Shown here piece after piece: positions 41,640 through 46,744 of a stretch of 46,744 bases of DNA. Position 1 is the first letter of the stretch. Each line of letters starts with the position of its first letter. The notes beneath the pieces were generated by a model, which ran no database searches, was not told where the DNA came from, and was given only the letters and a program-made list of their open reading frames with translations. The translations under genes and the position numbers were made by a program. The stretch covers positions 1 through 46,744 of the forward strand of contig WFTI01000032.1 of NCBI GenBank assembly GCA_015485585.1. The letters are read 5' to 3'. The stretch is from Candidatus Dojkabacteria bacterium. Its GTDB lineage: Bacteria > Patescibacteriota > Dojkabacteria > GCA-002793355.

Positions 41640-43112
41640 CTAGAATCTTTGGAACAACGACATCTGAACAGGCCGTTTTGCGGGGGTAAGTTTAAAGATT
41701 GTTAAATAAGGCTTAATGGGTTCTATAAAAGGAGAAGGAGTTTTTTCACTAAATCCTAGAATGACCATTTTCTTTGCACGGCTTAAAGCTACATAGAAAA
41801 CCCTTTTCTCTTCTTCGGGGTCACCATAAATCGCCGGAATACTGTTATTATTCACAAAAGGCATTATTACTCCATCAAACTCTAAACCTTTGACCGAGTG
41901 GATAGTTGCTACTTTTATAGGAACCGAAGAAGATACCGCTACTTTATTTTTTATGTTTTTTATCTTTTCTACAAGCATCGGAAGTACTTCCAAAAGAGCG
42001 TCGTGAGAATATCTTGTAATTTCATTGTTTATCTCACGAAAAGGCTCAGGAATCTCATCAAGAGCTTTATTGTTCCCTAAAATATATTCTTCAAGTTTTT
42101 CTACTGTCTTTTGGGCTTTGAGATTAAGCTGAGTAAGATCTAAAAATGGAACATCATTTTTTCGTAAGGTTTGGGTAAGCAGACCTATCTCGTTTCTATT
42201 ACGGACTAATATCGAGAGGGTAGAGTTAGTGTGTTGTAAGGTAACAAACTCCTTAAACAGCTGGTTCTCATATTCATTCTGTAGCTTCGGAGCTGTGAGG
42301 TTCATGTCTTTTATAAAGGCATGGTAAAGCAGGTATGCTATAGATTGAACAAATTGTTTCTTAGATATGTAACTTACACCAAATACACTACTATTTTGGC
42401 CACTCTGACTAATAATTGTTTGCCCTATTATAGCGCTTAGAATATCAGCCAGGTTTTGTCCGTAACGAAAGGATGTTGAAAGGTCCTTGCGGGTAAAATT
42501 GTGGATAAGCAAGAAACGTTTTAGATCTTCAACCGATGCTCCTTGAAACGAATAGATTGTTTGATAAAGGTCTCCTGCTAAGATTAGGTTCTTAAAACCA
42601 TGATTTAAAAGAGTTGAGAATATAGAAAGGTGACGTTGGTTTAAGTCTTGGACCTCGTCAACAATGATAAGATCATAGTTTAATAAGGCGCTAATATATG
42701 CGGAAGGGTTATACATAGCATCAACCTCAAAAAGAACGTGGTTAAATACAGGCGGTTTCTGGTTAAGAAGCTTCTTTTTATACTCATTAAACTTATCTTT
42801 ATCTTTAAACTCTTCTTTTAGCTTCTTTGATGTCAAAAGCACAGGCCCATGTTTTTGTTTAAAGACAGAATAAAGGAAACTATGAAGGGTTGTTATATTT
42901 ACTGTTTTGTGTTCTTTAAATTTCTCTTTTAGTTGGTCTTTAATAAGTACGTTAAAAACAACAATTAATACTTTAGCATCTGGTTTTTGTCTTAAGAAGT
43001 GTTTTATTTTTTCATAAAGAGTGGTTGTTTTTCCGCATCCTGCCGGAGCGTGAAGAAAAAGAGGGTAAGCATTTGTTTCTATAAAACTTCTCTGTTGCTC
43101 TGTAAGAATCAT
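41640..43112 (-). CDS. Short UvrD/Rep-type SF1 helicase (490 aa)
   Basis: Walker A HAPAGCGKTTT, motif II IIVDEVQDL, motif VI-like ATIHSVKGLEFDGV, FYVALSRAKK. Confidence 0.8.
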   Translation of the reverse strand: MILTEQQRSFIETNAYPLFLHAPAGCGKTTTLYEKIKHFLRQKPDAKVLIVVFNVLIKDQLKEKFKEHKTVNITTLHSFLYSVFKQKHGPVLLTSKKLKEEFKDKDKFNEYKKKLLNQKPPVFNHVLFEVDAMYNPSAYISALLNYDLIIVDEVQDLNQRHLSIFSTLLNHGFKNLILAGDLYQTIYSFQGASVEDLKRFLLIHNFTRKDLSTSFRYGQNLADILSAIIGQTIISQSGQNSSVFGVSYISKKQFVQSIAYLLYHAFIKDMNLTAPKLQNEYENQLFKEFVTLQHTNSTLSILVRNRNEIGLLTQTLRKNDVPFLDLTQLNLKAQKTVEKLEEYILGNNKALDEIPEPFREINNEITRYSHDALLEVLPMLVEKIKNIKNKVAVSSSVPIKVATIHSVKGLEFDGVIMPFVNNNSIPAIYGDPEEEKRVFYVALSRAKKMVILGFSEKTPSPFIEPIKPYLTIFKLTPAKRPVQMSLFQRF

Positions 43113-43129
43113 AATATAAGAGAACCTTC

Positions 43130-44428
43130 TTAGATTAATGTAAGCTGTGAATCTTGGTTCTCTTGGGAAATTAGCTTTTCTCTTTCTATGGTTACTTTTC
43201 CGTATTCTCCGTCGTATCCTGGTACGATTTTTATCTCTCCTTTACGTAGAAGCCTTATTGCCCGGGCAAGCTGGCTATCAAAAGAAGCGATCTCTTCTTC
43301 AGATTTATTAAGAAGTATCTCAAGCTCTGGTCCAAGATTTGATACTGCCTCTAAATATCGGCGTTTAACCTTGGTAGAAGTGCGCGTACTGTTATAGATT
43401 GCAGCGATTATGTCATCAAGGGGAATAATATAGGAGGTTTTGTACCTTTGAAGAAGTTTTTGGTTTGCTTCTTGCTGTCCTTTAGCGAGCTGATAGACCC
43501 GATTAAGAACACCTATTGTTAAGGGCTGGTTGCATTTTGGGCAGATACCGTTGTGTTTTTTCGTTTCTGTTGGATGAAAACTTACCTTGCAGTTTCTGTG
43601 TCCATCATAGTGGTATTTTCCTTCTTGAGGGTAAAATTCAATCGTACCTACTAAGTTTTCCCCGGTTTTTAAGGAGTTTAGTAGATCCTCATAAGTTGTG
43701 ATTTTGGTATGTACATTTGCTTCACGCCCTATTCTCTCAAGCGAGTGCGAGTCAGAGTTTGAAGTAAGAATATATCTATCAAGCTCTTTTACTAATCTAT
43801 TCATAAAAGGATCAGAAGAAAGACCAGTTTCAAGGGTAGTTATGTATTTGCTCATATCTGCAAACGCTTCTTCTACTGAGTCAAAACCAGATTTTGAGCC
43901 AAACAGACTAAAATGAGGAGTCCATATATGGGCAGGAATGATCATCGCATCATCGTCATGTTCTAACACTATTTCTACCATATTACGTACGTTTATTCCA
44001 AAGATAGGCCTTCCATCTGCACTTACATTCGATCGTTCGGCAAGGTATCTACTTAGTTCTTCAGCCTTTTCTAAGTGTGATAACACGATTACAAGGTGAA
44101 TCCTCCGTATTTTTTCACCTTGTTTGTATATATGACTTGTTTCTACAGTTGGTACAAACACCATGTCTTTAGGCCTAAAAACAGGAGCAAGCTCATTTTT
44201 AATCTTTTTTGTAAGAGAGCTGTTTAATCGGTAAAATCCTGTTTTTTCATCATATACAAGCTGATCCTTAGCTTCTTTGATCCATTGGGGATGGAGTATA
44301 TCTCCGGTTCCTAGAATATCGACCCCTTTTATTAAGGCCCATTTATATAGGTTTGGATAGGTAATATATTTACTCGTAGCCCGAGAAAACCGTGAATGAA
44401 TATGAAGGTCTGAGATCACAAGAGACAT
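43130..44428 (-). CDS. Endonuclease Q-like PHP-domain protein with Zn ribbon (COG1379/TIGR00375-like)
   Basis: DLHIHSRFSRATS, GTGDILHPQW, ADGRP, PAHIWTPHFS, LETGLSSD, SNSDSHS...GREAN, GKYHYDGH, CPKCNQPLTIGV, PGYDGEYGKV. These are all in the same order as I recall for archaeal EndoQ. Confidence 0.7.
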   Translation of the reverse strand: MSLVISDLHIHSRFSRATSKYITYPNLYKWALIKGVDILGTGDILHPQWIKEAKDQLVYDEKTGFYRLNSSLTKKIKNELAPVFRPKDMVFVPTVETSHIYKQGEKIRRIHLVIVLSHLEKAEELSRYLAERSNVSADGRPIFGINVRNMVEIVLEHDDDAMIIPAHIWTPHFSLFGSKSGFDSVEEAFADMSKYITTLETGLSSDPFMNRLVKELDRYILTSNSDSHSLERIGREANVHTKITTYEDLLNSLKTGENLVGTIEFYPQEGKYHYDGHRNCKVSFHPTETKKHNGICPKCNQPLTIGVLNRVYQLAKGQQEANQKLLQRYKTSYIIPLDDIIAAIYNSTRTSTKVKRRYLEAVSNLGPELEILLNKSEEEIASFDSQLARAIRLLRKGEIKIVPGYDGEYGKVTIEREKLISQENQDSQLTLI

Positions 44429-44434
44429 ATTTTG

Positions 44435-44443
44435 ATTGTACCA
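44435..44443 (-). promoter_or_regulatory. Extended -10 box TGgTACAAT 7 nt before the ATG at 44428; leaderless candidate
   Basis: The minus strand reads cTGgTACAATcaaaatATG, directly 3' of tRNA-Gln. Confidence 0.45.
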
Positions 44444-44449
44444 GATCTA

Positions 44450-44520
44450 TTGCGGGGCCAGGATTCGAACCTGGACCAACGGGGCCAGAACCCGCCGTTC
44501 TACCATTAAACTACCCCGCA
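44450..44520 (-). tRNA. tRNA-Gln (anticodon CUG)
   Basis: The minus strand shows a TGCGGGG/CCCCGCA acceptor (U1-A72), anticodon loop TTCTGGC, and T-loop TTCGAAT. No encoded CCA. Confidence 0.9.
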
Positions 44521-44560
44521 GTAAAACTAAGATGATACTAGTGGATTATAATATACTACC

Positions 44561-44588
44561 TTGCAAAATCTAAATTATCCCGTATAAT
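44561..44588 (+). promoter_or_regulatory. Full sigma70-type promoter for rpsU: TTGCAA, 16-nt spacer, TATAAT, 8 nt to the ATG
   Basis: TTGCAAaatctaaattatcccgTATAATacttatcATG. Confidence 0.6.
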
Positions 44589-44595
44589 ACTTATC

Positions 44596-44832
44596 ATGGC
44601 GATGGTTATTGCTCATAAAAACGAGTCTATTACAAGCCTGCTTATGAGATTTCAGCAGCAGGTGTTAAAAGAGGGGATAGTGCGTGAATTGATCGAACAG
44701 AGATATTATGTTACACGAAGGGCAAAGATCCGTAAGCGACGTATCGATTTTTATCGTGCTTTAAAGCGTGCGAAGAGACGGGCTCGCAAAAAGATCAGAA
44801 CTGTAACCCGTATAAAACCCAAGATTTTTTAA
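44596..44832 (+). CDS. rpsU: 30S ribosomal protein S21
   Basis: ESITSLLMRFQQQVLKEGIVRELIEQRYYV...RKRR resembles S21, with a basic tail. Confidence 0.8.
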   Translation: MAMVIAHKNESITSLLMRFQQQVLKEGIVRELIEQRYYVTRRAKIRKRRIDFYRALKRAKRRARKKIRTVTRIKPKIF

Positions 44833-44872
44833 AATTTTTCTCTTTATCTTTTTTATTTCGTTATGATATCGT

Positions 44873-45679
44873 TTAAAACGATACAAGCGGAGTCCTTAAA
44901 GTAGTATCTAGCCAGTTGTTAAGCAATATCGGGGCAAAATAGTTTATTCCTGCTCCGAAACGGTAGGGTGGTGTACTATCAAAGAGGTAAACTAGTTGAT
45001 ATTCATCTAATTTATTAAGAAACCACTGATTCTGTTGCTCTTGGCGGTATCTTTCGGTTAATACCTGTTTGATCGTATCTTTTACTTCTTCTAATTTTTT
45101 GCTTCCAAAGAATACATCTTTGTTTTCTTCATAGTAAGTTTTTATCTCTTCTTCGCTTGGTTCGTAATTGATGGGAACAAGGGTATTTAGCATAATGTTC
45201 ATTTTGATGAGGTACCTTAATTGTTTCTCGTCGATCCCTGCTTGCAAGAGAAGGTCTTCTAGGGTGATGTTGTTTTGATTCTTAATCTCTTCGATACGTT
45301 GATCTACCATATCTTCAGTAACTACAATACCGTTTCTTTTTGCTTCTTTTTCAACGATCTTTTTAGCCACCACCCTTTGGGTTTCAACTTCAAAAGTAAC
45401 GGGGGTATTTTCATCTTTGAATGCGTTGAACACCTCTTTAGTGGTTACTACAACACCTTTGGGGCTAAATGCTACTACTTTGTATCTAAAATAAAGCTGT
45501 ATTAATGTATCGGTAATAATTCCCAAAAGAAGTATTAGTAAAATAAAGAGTAAAGCTTTTTGTTGCCTAGTATCAGTTGAGAGTTTAACACGGATTTTGG
45601 GGAACGAAAATTTAAAACCTTTTTGGGTTTTTGTTCTTGATTTGGCTTTGGTTCTAGTTCTTTTACTCTTACGAGGCAT
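44873..45679 (-). CDS. Membrane-anchored SurA-N/PpiD-like chaperone domain protein (no PPIase domain seen)
   Basis: Basic N-terminus, TM helix ALLFILLILLLGIITDTLI, and a SurA_N-like helical region (EEIKTYYEENKDVFF). Confidence 0.4.
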   Translation of the reverse strand: MPRKSKRTRTKAKSRTKTQKGFKFSFPKIRVKLSTDTRQQKALLFILLILLLGIITDTLIQLYFRYKVVAFSPKGVVVTTKEVFNAFKDENTPVTFEVETQRVVAKKIVEKEAKRNGIVVTEDMVDQRIEEIKNQNNITLEDLLLQAGIDEKQLRYLIKMNIMLNTLVPINYEPSEEEIKTYYEENKDVFFGSKKLEEVKDTIKQVLTERYRQEQQNQWFLNKLDEYQLVYLFDSTPPYRFGAGINYFAPILLNNWLDTTLRTPLVSF

Positions 45680-45684
45680 ACGCT

Positions 45685-45693
45685 ATATTAACA
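45685..45693 (-). promoter_or_regulatory. Extended -10 box TGtTAATAT 6 nt before the ATG at 45679; leaderless candidate
   Basis: The minus strand reads gTGtTAATATagcgtATG. Confidence 0.4.
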
Positions 45694-45704
45694 CTTATAT
45701 GTTA

Positions 45705-46744
45705 CTATTTCAAGTGGAAGTAATAAGTGTATATATTCTCTTTGGGATGATAGATAACTACATACTTTGATCCACCTTTTTTGGGGTATTCTCCTCGATA
45801 GACGATCTCACCGTCTAATATTGCATAGACTGGCGCTCCTTCACCTACAAGTCCGAAACAACCCTCGGTAGGTAGGTTTTGAAACCATGAAGAGCTCCTT
45901 AGTGTTGTAGAACAATACTGAGCAATCTCATACTTGTTTTTGCAGTATTTCTCTGGTCCGTGGTATCCCTCATCGAGGCTGACGAGATCCAAAGAGTATG
46001 TCGGTTGACCATATCTGTCTCTTCCATGATAATTTTGAGTTATATATGCCCCTTTCAAAGGTGCCATTGCACGTCCACTTTTAAGATATCTTCCTTCACG
46101 AAACAGTAATCCATCTGTTTCTACGGGAATGCCGCGCAGTCTTCCGTTTACCGGCTTTAATATTGAGAAGTGAAGATGTGATCCGAAGGCACAACCCGTG
46201 TGTCCTTGGAATCCTATTATTGTACCTTTTAATACAGGATCTCCTTTCTTAGGAAGAAGTCCTTGTTCATACAGTCGTACTAACATGTTGATTAGTTCTT
46301 GGGCTATTCTGTTTCTCTCTGCTAGTAGTTGATCTCTTTTTTTCTGATATTCTTCATAAGATCTCTCAATCTCTGCAAGTAGGTTGTTTATTTCTTCTTT
46401 TTTCTTAGTTAACTCTTCTTTTGATCGGTTTAATTCTTCAAGCTCTTTGTTAAGCTCGTTTTGCTTTTCTAGAACCTTTTTCTGTTCTTCTTGCAGGATC
46501 TGTTGTTGTTCTTTGATGTGTTTTTGAAGCAGCGTAAGATAATTGAGTTTACTTCTGTATTCAGTAACAGAGTAGTTTAGGTAGGCGATAAGTTCGAATA
46601 TATTGTAGATTTTCCCTTCTAATAGTAGTTGTTCCCAGGGTAGTGCCTGAAGAGAGTAGTTGAGTAATAGATATTTTTTGATGGATGCTTTTGTATGTTC
46701 GATCTCAGCGGTTTGGCTATCGATCTCTTTCTGAATCTTATCTA
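45705..46744 (-). CDS. Coiled-coil M23/LytM-family metallopeptidase, 5'-partial (frame open to the window edge), domain apparently circularly permuted
   Basis: I checked every codon from 46287 to 46744 in frame and found no stop. The upstream part is an E/K/Q/L coiled coil (EnvC-like). M23 motifs GHTGCAFGSHLHFS and GAPVYAILDGEIVY...YVVIYH...YTYYFHL are present. Confidence 0.75.
   Translation of the reverse strand, partial: DKIQKEIDSQTAEIEHTKASIKKYLLLNYSLQALPWEQLLLEGKIYNIFELIAYLNYSVTEYRSKLNYLTLLQKHIKEQQQILQEEQKKVLEKQNELNKELEELNRSKEELTKKKEEINNLLAEIERSYEEYQKKRDQLLAERNRIAQELINMLVRLYEQGLLPKKGDPVLKGTIIGFQGHTGCAFGSHLHFSILKPVNGRLRGIPVETDGLLFREGRYLKSGRAMAPLKGAYITQNYHGRDRYGQPTYSLDLVSLDEGYHGPEKYCKNKYEIAQYCSTTLRSSSWFQNLPTEGCFGLVGEGAPVYAILDGEIVYRGEYPKKGGSKYVVIYHPKENIYTYYFHLK

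Noticed and set aside
44429-44520. tRNA-Gln as an integration site for a genomic island carrying the EndoQ-like and helicase genes
   Set aside because: The window has no integrase, no direct repeat of the tRNA 3' end that I could find, and no compositional break. I therefore describe it as a module and not as a mobile element.

Overview
The window is 46.7 kb at roughly 38-40% GC with a compact, almost entirely housekeeping layout. It looks like a reduced-genome bacterium of the Patescibacteria/CPR type. This inference rests on L30 missing between rpsE and rplO, a very small RNase P RNA, weak Shine-Dalgarno usage and large PT-linker surface proteins. TGA is a normal stop codon. Left to right the content is: a 5'-partial giant surface protein; mltG; a protease-less Lon AAA+ module; RNase J; a second FtsA-like actin ATPase coupled to a bitopic membrane protein; tRNA-Thr; a minus-strand ftsQ-like/ftsA/ftsZ/ftsW cluster; groES; tRNA-Phe; fusA-tuf; the S10-spc-alpha ribosomal cluster (rpsJ to rplO, secY, adk, then rny, tRNA-Glu and a 2H phosphoesterase inserted before infA-rpmJ-rpsM-rpsK-rpsD-rpoA-rplQ-rplM-rpsI); a ComM-like remnant; rnpB; and a minus-strand DNA-processing block (EndoQ-like PHP protein, SF1 helicase, dprA, topA, radC, wHTH protein). 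These are followed by tRNA-Gln, rpsU, a SurA-N-like protein and a 5'-partial coiled-coil M23 peptidase. I found no rRNA, CRISPR array, transposase or integrase. Five signals deserve follow-up. (1) Both translational GTPases have non-canonical guanine-recognition motifs: EF-G has NKLN instead of NKxD and GGDSR instead of GSAFK, and EF-Tu has NVFP/NADD instead of NKCD. (2) TATAAT-type -10 boxes sit 5-8 nt before the start codon of about 15 first-in-unit genes, implying pervasive leaderless mRNAs. (3) The M23 peptidase domain appears circularly permuted. (4) Several domain-reduced proteins are present: Lon without its protease domain and ComM without its ATPase core. (5) A 133-nt structured element lies between adk and rny. 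All motif alignments were done by eye and need computational confirmation.
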